Assembly: GCA_900751885.1 (NCBI GenBank)
Contig: CAADTH010000045.1
Location: 92,836 to 156,835, forward strand
DNA length: 64,000 nucleotides
Direction of reading: 5' to 3'
Source: Clostridia bacterium
GTDB taxonomy: Bacteria; Bacillota; Clostridia; UBA1381
The stretch's first letter is position 1, and every line of letters starts with the position of its first letter. The translations under genes and the position numbers were made by a program. The notes beneath the pieces are model-generated. The model was given only the letters and a program-made list of their open reading frames with translations, was not told the origin of the DNA and did not search any database. This document shows, piece by piece, positions 21,765 through 31,855 of the stretch.

Positions 21765-22682
21765 TTATAAATCCTGCCTGAGTCTATGCAGTACCGCTTC
21801 AAAATATTCTGGGAGCGGCGAATCAAATTCCATATACTCTCCCGTCGCGGGATGCACGAATCCAATCGTCTTGGCATGCAGAAGCTGACCCGAAAGCTTG
21901 AATCGTTCCTTTCGGCTTCCATAGACCGGATCCCCTACAATACTATGCCCCACTGACGCCATATGTACCCGAATCTGATGGGTCCTCCCCGTCTCGAGCA
22001 CACACTCCAAAAGCGTGTACGCGCCGAACCTGTCGAGCACACGAAAATGCGTGACCGCCTCCCGTCCGCCCTGCACGATTGCCATTTTCTTTCTGTCCTT
22101 CGGACTTCTCGCAATGGGCTTATTGATGGTTCCCTCATCCTCCTTGATGTTGCCGTTTACGATTGCCCAATACCGCCGGACTGCTTTTCTCTCCTTGAGC
22201 TGTGCGGCAAGCCTCACATGGGCATCGTTGTTTTTCGCAACCACCAAAAGTCCGCTTGTGTCCTTGTCGATTCGGTGTACGATTCCGGGGCGAATCACGC
22301 CATTGATTGCGGAAAGCTGTCCCTTGCAGTGATATAGAAGTGCATTCACCAGCGTCCCTGTGTAATTGCCCGGCGCCGGGTGTACCACCATCCCCTGCGG
22401 CTTATTGACCACAATCACGTCTGCATCCTCATACACAACCGCTATCGGAATATCCTCCGCCTGCACCTCGAGCTGCTGCGGTTCTGGCATATCCACCACA
22501 ATCACATTCCCCGCCTGCACCTGGTACTTTTTATCCAGCACAGTTCCGTCCTCAAGCGACACTCTGCCCTCGCCTGCAAGCTTTGCCGCATACGAGCGCG
22601 ATATTCCCTCCATCTCTGTGCTGAGAAACTTATCCAGCCGAACGCCGGATTCACCTGCCACTACCTCCATCGTTTCCCTCAC
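21765..22682 (-). CDS. rluD: RluA-family 23S rRNA pseudouridine synthase (RluD-like) with S4 domain
   Basis: 305 aa. HRIDKDTSGLLVVAK catalytic motif and ETGRTHQIRVH. Confidence 0.88.
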   Translation of the reverse strand: MRETMEVVAGESGVRLDKFLSTEMEGISRSYAAKLAGEGRVSLEDGTVLDKKYQVQAGNVIVVDMPEPQQLEVQAEDIPIAVVYEDADVIVVNKPQGMVVHPAPGNYTGTLVNALLYHCKGQLSAINGVIRPGIVHRIDKDTSGLLVVAKNNDAHVRLAAQLKERKAVRRYWAIVNGNIKEDEGTINKPIARSPKDRKKMAIVQGGREAVTHFRVLDRFGAYTLLECVLETGRTHQIRVHMASVGHSIVGDPVYGSRKERFKLSGQLLHAKTIGFVHPATGEYMEFDSPLPEYFEAVLHRLRQDL

Positions 22683-23128
22683 TTCTTCTTGTCAAAAAAC
22701 AAAATGTATATCACCAAAAGCACTGCTCCTGCTGTAATCGCCACATCCGCCAGATTGAAAACCGGAAAGGAGAGAAACGAAAGCTTGATATAATCGACGA
22801 CATATCCCCTGACAATCCGGTCAACCGCATTGCCCGCCGCGCCTGAAAACATCAAAGTAAGCGCTGTGCAAAGCAGTTTGCTCTCGGGCCGGCGGCGCAC
22901 AAAATAATAGACCACCCACGCGCAAAACAGCACCGATACCAGCGCCAAAAGTCCTGTCATATTCTCCAGCACACTGAACGCCGCACCCCTGTTTTGTACA
23001 TATACAATCTGCAGTGCTCCCTTTACCACCTCTATTGTATCATACAGCCCAATGTTGTTTTCGACCAACAGCTTGATTACCTGGTCTCCTGCAACAAGAA
23101 AAACCGCAATCATTGCCCAAATCAGCAA
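22679..23128 (-). CDS. lspA: Lipoprotein signal peptidase (signal peptidase II)
   Basis: 149 aa, 4 TM helices, NRGAAFS and GNAVDR / FNLAD motifs. 4-nt overlap with rluD. Confidence 0.88.
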   Translation of the reverse strand: MLIWAMIAVFLVAGDQVIKLLVENNIGLYDTIEVVKGALQIVYVQNRGAAFSVLENMTGLLALVSVLFCAWVVYYFVRRRPESKLLCTALTLMFSGAAGNAVDRIVRGYVVDYIKLSFLSFPVFNLADVAITAGAVLLVIYILFFDKKK

Positions 23129-23140
23129 TTCCCATTCCTC

Positions 23141-24229
23141 CTACCTTCTGATAGATTCGATTGCCCTGCAAATTTCCTCCTCTGTCACATCTGTCACCGA
23201 AATCACAGAGCCAATTTGTGTCGGGAGGATAAACTTGAGCGCTCCGTCCAGCTTTTTTTTGTCCTTCTGCATAAAATCCAAAATTTTTTCTGTGTCTGGC
23301 AAAACCGCGCTTACCGGCAGGTCATAAAGAGACAATACCTCTTTGATTTGCAAGAATTCTTCCTCTTTGATTAAGCCTCTGCCCGCGGCAATATAAGACG
23401 CCGCGCACATGCCGAGTGACACACATTCGCCATGTGTCATTGCAAAATTCATCGCACTCTCCGCCGCATGACCGATGGTATGCCCGAAATTCAAAATTGC
23501 CCGGAGTCCTGTCTCCTTCTCATCCTCCACCACAACCTTTGCCTTGATGGAGCAGTTTGTGTTTGCCATATGAATCAGGCTTTTCTCGTCAAGCGATTTG
23601 ATTTTCTCTGCATTCTCTTTTAAATACACAAAAAAGTCTCTGTCATAGATAATGCCATGCTTCACCACTTCCCCCATTCCAGAGATAAACTCCCGCTTCG
23701 GAAGTGTTTTGAGGGTGGATACATTCAAGTATACCAGCTTCGGCTGATGAAATGCGCCCAAGCTATTTTTGCTTCCCGCAAAATCAATTCCCGTCTTTCC
23801 TCCGACGCTGGAATCCGATTGAGAAAGCAGTGTCGTCGGGATTTGTACGAAGCGGATTCCACGCATATAGATTGCCGCCGCAAAGCCTGCCATGTCGCCG
23901 ACCACTCCGCCGCCAAGCGCCAAAATCATACTCTTTCTGTCCATCTGATGCTTCATACACGCCCCACAAATCGACAGAATCGTCTGCATATGCTTCTGCT
24001 GCTCCCCTGCCGGGAACGCATACACCTGCATATCATATCCTGCGCCCTGCAAGCACCCAAGCACTTCACGCGCATAGATTGCCTCGACATTCGAATCAGT
24101 CACGATTAATAGCTTTTTCGGCGCGTTGATTTTCGCAAGCGCATCGCACAGCGCATCAAAGCTCGTCTCAAATACGATATCATAAGAATTTTCTCCAAAA
24201 TCCAGTTTCAGTCTTTCCATTTCCTTCAT
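23141..24229 (-). CDS. aroB: 3-dehydroquinate synthase
   Basis: 362 aa. GGGVVGDMAGFAAA, DSSVGGKTG, and metal-site residues GHTIGHA. Confidence 0.9.
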   Translation of the reverse strand: MKEMERLKLDFGENSYDIVFETSFDALCDALAKINAPKKLLIVTDSNVEAIYAREVLGCLQGAGYDMQVYAFPAGEQQKHMQTILSICGACMKHQMDRKSMILALGGGVVGDMAGFAAAIYMRGIRFVQIPTTLLSQSDSSVGGKTGIDFAGSKNSLGAFHQPKLVYLNVSTLKTLPKREFISGMGEVVKHGIIYDRDFFVYLKENAEKIKSLDEKSLIHMANTNCSIKAKVVVEDEKETGLRAILNFGHTIGHAAESAMNFAMTHGECVSLGMCAASYIAAGRGLIKEEEFLQIKEVLSLYDLPVSAVLPDTEKILDFMQKDKKKLDGALKFILPTQIGSVISVTDVTEEEICRAIESIRR

Positions 24230-24263
24230 CCTTTATGCTCAAATTCTCTTTTCCATCCGGGAA

Positions 24264-24779
24264 TCAAAGTGTGATATCCACCTGATATGCCTCATCAATC
24301 AGATAATATTCATTGCTGTATTTCTGGCAGAATCTGAGATTCCTCTCGTTCTCCAAAGTCATATCCGCCTGACTGCACGCTGCCTTCTCCATACGCTCTT
24401 CTGCTTCATTCTCATATCGAATGATTTTGTCAAACTGCTTCTCTATATACCGTCTTGTGAATATCAGGCAGATATATTTGATATCATCAAGATACTCATC
24501 CGTAAAATCCTTTTTGTAATCGAATGGAATATAGCATCCCTCTATGATGAGATTCTGACGGTTCTCAATAGCTGTCTTTATCATCTCACGCACCACAGGC
24601 CAGAGATAACCGGTCAAAGCTTCGTCACTGCTGTCCGGCTTGAGATTTGTATAACCTGCACGAATCAGCCCCATTTTGATATGGTCAATCGAAAGGTATG
24701 GATACCGGTACTTCTCCAAAAGCTTCTGTGCAAGTACGGTTTTCCCTGTATGTGTGCCTCCTCCGATTAAAATGACCAT
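24264..24779 (-). CDS. Small P-loop NTPase/kinase (2-phosphoglycerate-kinase-like AAA)
   Basis: 171 aa, Walker A GGGTHTGKT at the extreme N-terminus. Specificity is unknown. Confidence 0.55.
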   Translation of the reverse strand: MVILIGGGTHTGKTVLAQKLLEKYRYPYLSIDHIKMGLIRAGYTNLKPDSSDEALTGYLWPVVREMIKTAIENRQNLIIEGCYIPFDYKKDFTDEYLDDIKYICLIFTRRYIEKQFDKIIRYENEAEERMEKAACSQADMTLENERNLRFCQKYSNEYYLIDEAYQVDITL

Positions 24780-24809
24780 ATACCCTCCTGTTTTTCTATA
24801 CGCTTTCTC

Positions 24810-25166
24810 TTAATATTCTACGATATCCCATGACACAGCTATATCACCCTCTAATTCAATAACAAGCCATACATCATGCATGGCCTTTCCCCTGTTTCCC
24901 AGATAATATACCAAATTGTCTGGTTCTGTGAAATAATATGTAGCTCCTGTTTTTTCATCACCTAAAAATTGCATAATTTCTTCCTCTGACATACCGACAA
25001 TCGGATGCTTTTTCATCATGTCATCCAGCATAACAACACGCTGTTGGGGCTCATCAAACCATCTGGATCTTTGAAAGGTGTGGTCGTATTCATGCTTTAT
25101 CAATAAGCATGCCAAAATACCAACTGCTATACATAAGAAAACCACGATTTTTTTATTGCGTGTCAT
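24810..25166 (-). CDS. Hypothetical membrane-anchored protein
   Basis: Start at MTRNKKIVVFLCIAVGILACLLI (RBS GGAG upstream). One N-terminal TM helix; no recognisable domain. Confidence 0.45.
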   Translation of the reverse strand: MTRNKKIVVFLCIAVGILACLLIKHEYDHTFQRSRWFDEPQQRVVMLDDMMKKHPIVGMSEEEIMQFLGDEKTGATYYFTEPDNLVYYLGNRGKAMHDVWLVIELEGDIAVSWDIVEY

Positions 25167-25269
25167 CTTTATCACTCCAAACATGATATACGGTACAAGC
25201 ATCATTTTTGTTTCGTAAATAGGCAAAAATCTTCAGCGTTGTAATACTACCATTTTACCATAGAATGCA

Positions 25270-25303
25270 AAAAAAGAAAAGGCAAAATGCCCTTTCTTTT
25301 TTT
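25270..25303. terminator. Intrinsic terminator after ileS (bidirectional shape)
   Basis: A-run, then a gaaaaggc/gccctttc stem, then a T-run immediately 3' of the ileS stop codon. Confidence 0.6.
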
Positions 25304-25309
25304 GTATTT

Positions 25310-28093
25310 TTATTTTGTCAGCTTTTCTACACAATCTGCGCAAAGCGTTTCATACCCTTCCATCGTGCCGACTGTGTCAGAGTGAATCCAGCACCGCTCA
25401 CACTTTTCGCCCTGCGCTGCGGATACTCTCACCTTCACCTGTTCTCCTGCAAATACCACACCGTCTACACTATCATCCTGTTCTACCTTTGCCGCTGATG
25501 TGATAAAGAGCTCCGCCAGCTCTGCCTCAATCGGCTTTAAAAAGTCATACAGACTTCCCTTTGCGTAAACGGTAACCGATGCGTCGAGCGATTTTCCTAT
25601 CGTCTTTTCATTTCTCGCGCCCTCCAGCGCCTTCAAGACATCGTCGCGCACCTCAATAATTTTCTGCCATTTTTCCTCCAATGCGCTGTTCTGATACTCT
25701 GCCTTCGGCTGCGGCATATCACTGAACATCACGCTTTTGGTATCATCCTTATCAAAATGCGGCATAAACTGCCAAATCTCCTCAGAGGTAAACGCCAATA
25801 CAGGCGCCAACAGCTTCACCATTGCATCCAAAATCAAATACATTGCGGACTGTGCGCTCCTGCGCGCGTGAGACTCGGGCTTTTCTGTATACAGCCTGGA
25901 CTTCACGATATCCAGATAGAAATTACTCATCTCCACCACACAGAACCGGTGAATGGTGTGATACAGCATATGGAATTCATAGCTTTCATAGGAAGCAATC
26001 GCCGCTTCCACCATCTGATTCATCTTCATCATCGCCCAGCGGTCAAGCTCGAGCATGTCAGAAAATGCGACCATATCCTTGTTCGGGTCAAAATCGTTGC
26101 AGTTGCTGAGAATATAGCGCGCTGTGTTTCGAATCTTGCGGTAGCCTTCTGATAACTGCTTTAGCGTATCCTTCGACATTCTCATGTCAGTGCGGTAATC
26201 CGCGGATACCACCCACAAACGCAGAATATCCGCCCCATACTGATCCGTGATTTCCCTCGGAGAGATGGAGTTGCCCTTCGACTTGGACATCTTCTTTCCC
26301 TCTCCGTCCTGAATCATTCCATGTGTAATCACTGTGTTATACGGCGCTTTTCCTGTTGTCGCCACACTGGTTAGAAGAGAGGACTGGAACCATCCGCGGT
26401 ACTGGTCATTTCCCTCCAAATATAAATCAGGCGGATAGGACAGGTCGCCGCGCTCCGCGCATACTGCCGCATGGCTGGAGCCGGAATCAAACCATACGTC
26501 CATGGTATCCGTCTCTTTTTCAAAGTGGGTGTGTCCGCATTTTGGACAGATTGTGCCCTTTGGCAGAATGTCGTCTGCCTCAAGCTCCCACCATTTGTTC
26601 ACTCCCTGCTCTCGGAAGAGCGTCGCGACTGCCTTGATGGTATCGTCATTGATGATCTGCTCACCGCATTCCTTACAATAGAACAGCGGAATCGGTACAC
26701 CCCAGATGCGCTGACGTGAAATGCACCAGTCGCTTCGGTCGCGCACCATGCTTGTGATGCGGTCCTCCCCCCACTTTGGAATCCATTTGACCTGTTTGAT
26801 TTCCTCGATTGCCTGATCCTTTAATTGATCCACCGACGCAAAGCATTGCTCTGTCGCACGGAAGATAATCGGATCACTGCATCTCCAGCAGTGCGGATAC
26901 TGATGGATGATTTCCTCTATCGCCAAAAGATTTCCCGTTTCTGTCAGCTTTTCAATGATTTTCGGATTGGATTTTTCATAGTAAAGACCTGCAAATTCTC
27001 CTGCAAGCTCATTGAGCACACCACGGCTGTCCACTGGAACCACAATCTCAAGCTGTGGATAATTCTGACATGCGATATAGTCCTCCACACCATGTCCCGG
27101 CGCGGTGTGAACGCATCCAGTACCGGCATCCAGCGTCACATGGTCGCCGAGAATGACAAGAGATTCCCTGTCGATAAACGGATGCTGGCAGGTAATATTC
27201 TCAAGCTCTCTTCCCTTGAAGCGCTTCACAATCTCATAGCCATCGATGTTTGCCGCTTTCGCTACACTGTCCACAAGCTCTGTCGCAAGCACATAAATTT
27301 CACCGCTTGGCACCTTCACCAAAGAATATTCAAAATCAGGATTGAGTGCAATCGCCACGTTGCCGGGAAGTGTCCACGTCGTGGTCGTCCAAATTACAAA
27401 GTATACGTTGTCCAGTCCGCCGAATAAGCCTTTGTCGTCGTTGACTGCAAATTTTACATAGATGGAGTTGGTCTTATCCTCTGCATACTCGATTTCTGCT
27501 TCTGCCAAGGCTGTCTCACAGGTTGGGCACCAATACACCGGCTTCAAGCCCTTATAAATCAGTCCCTGCTTTGCCATCTCCCCAAAAATCTCAACCTGCT
27601 TTGCCACATAGTCGTCCTTGAGCGTCAAATATGGATGCTCCCAGTCGCCGATCACACCCAAACGCTTGAACTGCTCCTTTTGATTTTCCACATGCTCGAG
27701 CGCAAATTCCTTACATGCCTCACAAAATTTCACTGCTCCCGCCTCATGGCGGTTCAGTCCCAGCTTTTTGATTGCCTGAAGCTCAATCGGCAGTCCATGT
27801 GTATCCCAGCCCGGCACATACGGCGCATAATGCCCTGTCATATTCTTATAGCGCACGATAATATCCTTCAGCACCTTGTTGAGCGCGTGCCCCATATGGA
27901 TGTCACCGTTTGCATACGGCGGTCCGTCGTGCAGAATAAAGCTCTTTTTTCCCTTATTGCGTTTTACGATTTCATCATATAAATCAATCTTTTCCCAGTA
28001 TTCCAGCATTTCCGGCTCGCGCTTTGGGAGATTGCCTCGCATCGGAAAATCGGTCTTTGGAAGATTTACTGATTTTGAATAATCTTCAGCCAT
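25310..28093 (-). CDS. ileS: Isoleucine--tRNA ligase
   Basis: 927 aa. HMGH (class I HIGH variant PYANGDIHMGHAL), KMSKS, and a C-terminal zinc cluster CERCW...CADC. Confidence 0.95.
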   Translation of the reverse strand: MAEDYSKSVNLPKTDFPMRGNLPKREPEMLEYWEKIDLYDEIVKRNKGKKSFILHDGPPYANGDIHMGHALNKVLKDIIVRYKNMTGHYAPYVPGWDTHGLPIELQAIKKLGLNRHEAGAVKFCEACKEFALEHVENQKEQFKRLGVIGDWEHPYLTLKDDYVAKQVEIFGEMAKQGLIYKGLKPVYWCPTCETALAEAEIEYAEDKTNSIYVKFAVNDDKGLFGGLDNVYFVIWTTTTWTLPGNVAIALNPDFEYSLVKVPSGEIYVLATELVDSVAKAANIDGYEIVKRFKGRELENITCQHPFIDRESLVILGDHVTLDAGTGCVHTAPGHGVEDYIACQNYPQLEIVVPVDSRGVLNELAGEFAGLYYEKSNPKIIEKLTETGNLLAIEEIIHQYPHCWRCSDPIIFRATEQCFASVDQLKDQAIEEIKQVKWIPKWGEDRITSMVRDRSDWCISRQRIWGVPIPLFYCKECGEQIINDDTIKAVATLFREQGVNKWWELEADDILPKGTICPKCGHTHFEKETDTMDVWFDSGSSHAAVCAERGDLSYPPDLYLEGNDQYRGWFQSSLLTSVATTGKAPYNTVITHGMIQDGEGKKMSKSKGNSISPREITDQYGADILRLWVVSADYRTDMRMSKDTLKQLSEGYRKIRNTARYILSNCNDFDPNKDMVAFSDMLELDRWAMMKMNQMVEAAIASYESYEFHMLYHTIHRFCVVEMSNFYLDIVKSRLYTEKPESHARRSAQSAMYLILDAMVKLLAPVLAFTSEEIWQFMPHFDKDDTKSVMFSDMPQPKAEYQNSALEEKWQKIIEVRDDVLKALEGARNEKTIGKSLDASVTVYAKGSLYDFLKPIEAELAELFITSAAKVEQDDSVDGVVFAGEQVKVRVSAAQGEKCERCWIHSDTVGTMEGYETLCADCVEKLTK

Positions 28094-28136
28094 TGTATCC
28101 CTTTCCTTTCGCTATTTTAATTTAATGCTTTCTATT

Positions 28137-28577
28137 CTACTCTATTTTGTCCAACATTTCAAGTAATCCGTTGCAAATTCCTTTGACTCTCGCCTTATAT
28201 CCTTCAATTTCCATCTGCAAGCGGCTGTATTCATTCTTCATCGCCGCTACATCCTCCTCCGCCCTGCGCTTCATCTCACGCGCTTTCATCTCCGCTTCCT
28301 GAATAATTGCGTCCGCCTGTGTATTTGCATTTCTGCGGATATCCTCACTTGCCGACTGCGCGAGGATAATAGAGTTTTGCAGGGTATCCTCCATATTCTT
28401 ATAATTTCCGAGCGCTTCATCTAAAACCGTAATTCGTTCCTTCATGGTCGCATTTTCTTTATACATTTTTTCATAGTCCTGAATGACCATGTCCATGAAA
28501 TCGTCCACCTCGTCGCAGTGATAACCGCGAAACTTCACCTCAAACGTCTTGTTTTGTATATCAACCGGTGTTAACAT
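28137..28577 (-). CDS. divIVA: DivIVA-domain cell-division protein
   Basis: MLTPVDIQNKTFEVKFRGYHCDEVDDFMD is the canonical DivIVA N-terminus, followed by a coiled coil. Confidence 0.85.
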   Translation of the reverse strand: MLTPVDIQNKTFEVKFRGYHCDEVDDFMDMVIQDYEKMYKENATMKERITVLDEALGNYKNMEDTLQNSIILAQSASEDIRRNANTQADAIIQEAEMKAREMKRRAEEDVAAMKNEYSRLQMEIEGYKARVKGICNGLLEMLDKIE

Positions 28578-28604
28578 ATTACAAACCTCCCACACACTGT
28601 TTTA

Positions 28605-29357
28605 TCATAGATACCGCTTCACTCGAATGTGAAGCCTGCCCTTTCTCGTGTTTGCCCCAAGCTCATCCAATTTCATTCTGCCATACCCACGCACAGAGAG
28701 CAGGCACCCTTCTGTCAGATTTTTTGCCCCATCCGATGCCATTTTGTGGTCAATGCTCACCTTTTCCGCGTCAATCAGCTTTACCGCCTGCGCGCGCGAT
28801 AGCTTAAGCACTGCAGCAAGCACTGCATCGAGCCTTGCCGACGCCGCAACCGCGTCAATCAGCTCAAATTGCTTCTCTGGCACGGTAATGTCTGACGGGG
28901 ACACTGCTTCTATCTTAACGCCCCTATTTCCGACTTTTTTGATATTCTCTCTTAAATACTCACAGATATCTGTACTTGCAAACACATATGCTGTATTTCC
29001 ATCAATTAAGATATCACCTGTTTTATTTCTGTCAATTCCAAAAGAAAGAATACTTCCCAAATAATCTCTGTGAGATAGTGGTTCTCCATAGCCAGATGTA
29101 ATTTGCAATACAGAAATTGGGAAATGCGACTGGGTCGCATCTTCCCATTCTGGGAACACACCGAACATCTGCCGTTCACTCTCTGGATATCCACCAAAAA
29201 ATAAAGTCTGATATCCAGATATGGATAAATAGTTCTCCTCAACCATTCTTTTCTGTGCGCCATCTAAAAATGGGCTGAACCTCGCCACGCAATATTTGTC
29301 GCAAGCGTGAAACAAATCATCGATTCTGGCAAGCAATAATTTTTCTTCCCGTTCCAT
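28605..29357 (-). CDS. ylmH: YlmH-like RNA-binding protein (S4 domain)
   Basis: 250 aa with a C-terminal S4-like segment RLDAVLAAVLKLSRAQAVKLI. Synteny sepF-ylmH-divIVA. Confidence 0.8.
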   Translation of the reverse strand: MEREEKLLLARIDDLFHACDKYCVARFSPFLDGAQKRMVEENYLSISGYQTLFFGGYPESERQMFGVFPEWEDATQSHFPISVLQITSGYGEPLSHRDYLGSILSFGIDRNKTGDILIDGNTAYVFASTDICEYLRENIKKVGNRGVKIEAVSPSDITVPEKQFELIDAVAASARLDAVLAAVLKLSRAQAVKLIDAEKVSIDHKMASDGAKNLTEGCLLSVRGYGRMKLDELGANTRKGRLHIRVKRYL

Positions 29358-29445
29358 CTTTCTCTCCCAATATAGAACAATAGACGGAGCAATCTCCGTC
29401 TACTGTTTGGCATATGTCTGCCTTCTTATGTGATATGTTCCAAAA

Positions 29446-29877
29446 TTAAAACATATTCCAGTCAAATCTGCCTTTATTATACTGCTCCTGCACTTCACCT
29501 AAAATATCGAAGTGTGCTGGTGCCGCCACAAAAATCCCGCCGGAAACCCGCTGGATGTTGCCGTCAATGCCGAATACCGTACCAGCCACAAAATCAACCA
29601 CACGCCGTGCTTCCTCAGGTTCGAGCGCCCCTACGTCGAACACAACCGGCTTTCTCAGCTTCAACTCATCTGAAATCCCCTTACAATCATCAAAGCCCCT
29701 CGGTTTCAGAATCACAATCTTAGACTGTGCGTTTTGTGACATCGGAACAACCTTGTTCTTTTTTGAAAACGGAGAACTCGTCTTTTCCTCTACTACTTCC
29801 ATTTCGTCTTCGTACTCGTCGTCATACTCCTCTGTTTCAAACCCCACAAAGTTCTTTACCGCATCCACAAATCCCAT
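29446..29877 (-). CDS. sepF: Cell division protein SepF
   Basis: 143 aa. C-terminal SepF domain (IVILKPRGFDDCKGISDELKLRKPVVFDV...RVVDFVAGTVFGIDGNIQRV). Confidence 0.85.
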   Translation of the reverse strand: MGFVDAVKNFVGFETEEYDDEYEDEMEVVEEKTSSPFSKKNKVVPMSQNAQSKIVILKPRGFDDCKGISDELKLRKPVVFDVGALEPEEARRVVDFVAGTVFGIDGNIQRVSGGIFVAAPAHFDILGEVQEQYNKGRFDWNMF

Positions 29878-29893
29878 TTTTCAAAATTCCTCC

Positions 29894-30607
29894 CTAATTG
29901 TAGTTTCTCGCCCCGAATATAGCGCTTCCCACACGCACCATATTAGAACCTGATTCTATGGCAACGGTATAATCCCCACTCATTCCCATAGACAAATATT
30001 TCATACTAACATTATCATACGTTTTTGTCTTAATGTCAAGGTATCTTGCATATATGTTATCAAAATGTAATCTATTTTCGTCCGGGCGGTCTGTTTTGGG
30101 AGCGATTGTCATAAGTCCTGCTATTTTTACATAAGTCAGTGTGCTGGCATGCTCGAGACAGCACACAAGCTCATCCGGACAAATCCCAAACTTCGTCTGC
30201 TCCCCTGAGATATTGACCTGTATCAGCACTTCTATCTCTCTTTGGTGCTTTGATGCCTGACGCTCGATTTCATCCATGAGGGAAATGCTGTCGACCGAAT
30301 GAATCAGCTTGACCTTATCGATGATATATTTGACCTTATTGCTCTGAAGATGACCAATCATATGCCAATCGACGCCCTGCACCTGTCCAAATTTGTCCCG
30401 AATCTCCTGCACCTTGTTCTCACCGGCGTCTGTCACCCCCAGCGCCGCCGCTTCGCGAATCATACAGACCGGATGTGTTTTTGTCACGGCAACCAATGTA
30501 ATATCTTTCCTATCCCTTCCACTCTTTTGTGCCGCAAGCGAAATATTCTCCTCTACCCGTTTTAAATTTTCTTCAATGAAGCTCACATCTGCACCTTCTT
30601 TACTCAT
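29894..30607 (-). CDS. yggS: YggS/YlmE family pyridoxal-phosphate homeostasis protein
   Basis: Start at MSKEGADVSFIEENL, overlapping the stop of the upstream gene. VAVTKTHP (PLP lysine), HMIGHLQSNK, SMGMSGDY. Confidence 0.85.
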   Translation of the reverse strand: MSKEGADVSFIEENLKRVEENISLAAQKSGRDRKDITLVAVTKTHPVCMIREAAALGVTDAGENKVQEIRDKFGQVQGVDWHMIGHLQSNKVKYIIDKVKLIHSVDSISLMDEIERQASKHQREIEVLIQVNISGEQTKFGICPDELVCCLEHASTLTYVKIAGLMTIAPKTDRPDENRLHFDNIYARYLDIKTKTYDNVSMKYLSMGMSGDYTVAIESGSNMVRVGSAIFGARNYN

Positions 30608-31778
30608 GTCCCAACAAAATCTGATCCATTTCGCTGATTGGATTTTGCGCATCCTCTGGAGATGCAATAATAGAAAATCCTTCGGCGTCATTGGTGTAAA
30701 GAATCTCACACTTTTTGAAAATCTGATTGTTATTGCTCTTTACCATGACGCCCTTCTCATTATCCTGTACCTTAATCGCGTATACCGGAACACGGTATCC
30801 CGTATAGCTTTTCAGCACCACATCCAGCTCGCTCGTCCTTGCTGAATAAATGCCCTCCACGTATTTCGTGCATTCCACTGTCAGAACGACCTTTCCATCC
30901 TCTTCAGGAGAAATCGCGTAAATAGACGCGCTCACCTCCACTCCAGGCATCGCGTCAAATTTTAATCCGACTGAATCGCCTACTTTATATCCGCTTAATT
31001 TCTGCGCGTCCGAAAGAAGCATCGCATACCACTTCATATTGTTGACGACCTTACACACGGAATCTCCAGATACGGCGCTCGTTTTTGCTGGCACCACGCC
31101 GGGGTCTTTGAGCGCTTCGAATTGAGAGACCGTATACTGTCCGGCTGTGGACGGAGTGAGAACAGACTCCATGCCGTCCACGCCGGTGGTATAGATTCCG
31201 GAACGGCTCGAGTAAATATCTTTTTTCGAATTTCCGATACTGGTCTCCAGACTCTTCTTCTGATTCTGAAGTTCTGTCAGCTCACTGGACTGATTGTCCT
31301 GTTTATAATTTCCAGAACGCAGATTTTTGATATCTGTCTTATATTCATTAATTTTAGAGATATCACGGCTGTATACCGCGTCAATCACTGCCTTTTTCCG
31401 CTCTTCAATCTGACTCTCTACCGAAGTGGAATCCGACACAAACTCCTCACTCTTTTGGCTTTCGAGCTGTGCAATTTTTTTATCGATATTATTCAGCTCC
31501 TGAAGCATATCTGTGTTTGTGCTTGCCGTGTAGACCGTTGCAATCTTACGGCTTTTCCCTACGCGGCTGTTTTCCGCTTCATAGCTATAAACTGTGCCCG
31601 CTGTTTCCGCGCGGTACACCTCCTCGTCCTTGACGATATATGCTTTCGCGCTGATTTTATCCTCATACGTCGTGAGAAACGCCGCTTGTGTGTCCACTGG
31701 ACTTTTGACATACCGCACGCCATAAAACACCGCCGCCGCGACTGCCAAGATGATAATCACGATGAAGCTTTTTTTCAT
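30600..31778 (-). CDS. Membrane-anchored coiled-coil/beta-barrel protein, HlyD-like (membrane-fusion-like)
   Basis: Start at MKKSFIVIIILAVAAAVF (RBS GGAGGA). TM anchor, central coiled coil, beta-rich ends. Family assignment comes from architecture only. Confidence 0.45.
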   Translation of the reverse strand: MKKSFIVIIILAVAAAVFYGVRYVKSPVDTQAAFLTTYEDKISAKAYIVKDEEVYRAETAGTVYSYEAENSRVGKSRKIATVYTASTNTDMLQELNNIDKKIAQLESQKSEEFVSDSTSVESQIEERKKAVIDAVYSRDISKINEYKTDIKNLRSGNYKQDNQSSELTELQNQKKSLETSIGNSKKDIYSSRSGIYTTGVDGMESVLTPSTAGQYTVSQFEALKDPGVVPAKTSAVSGDSVCKVVNNMKWYAMLLSDAQKLSGYKVGDSVGLKFDAMPGVEVSASIYAISPEEDGKVVLTVECTKYVEGIYSARTSELDVVLKSYTGYRVPVYAIKVQDNEKGVMVKSNNNQIFKKCEILYTNDAEGFSIIASPEDAQNPISEMDQILLGHE

Positions 31779-31855
31779 ACGTATTCCTCCGCTTTCCCCT
31801 ATCTTACTCATTATACTTAATTTTGTCGAACATTACAAGGGATTGGCGAAAAGAA

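Noticed and set aside
28094-28136. Looked for the T-box leader that precedes ileS in Bacillus
   Set aside because: Only 43 nt separate the divIVA stop from the ileS start, which is too short for a T-box. ileS is probably co-transcribed with divIVA here. This is an absence, not a feature.
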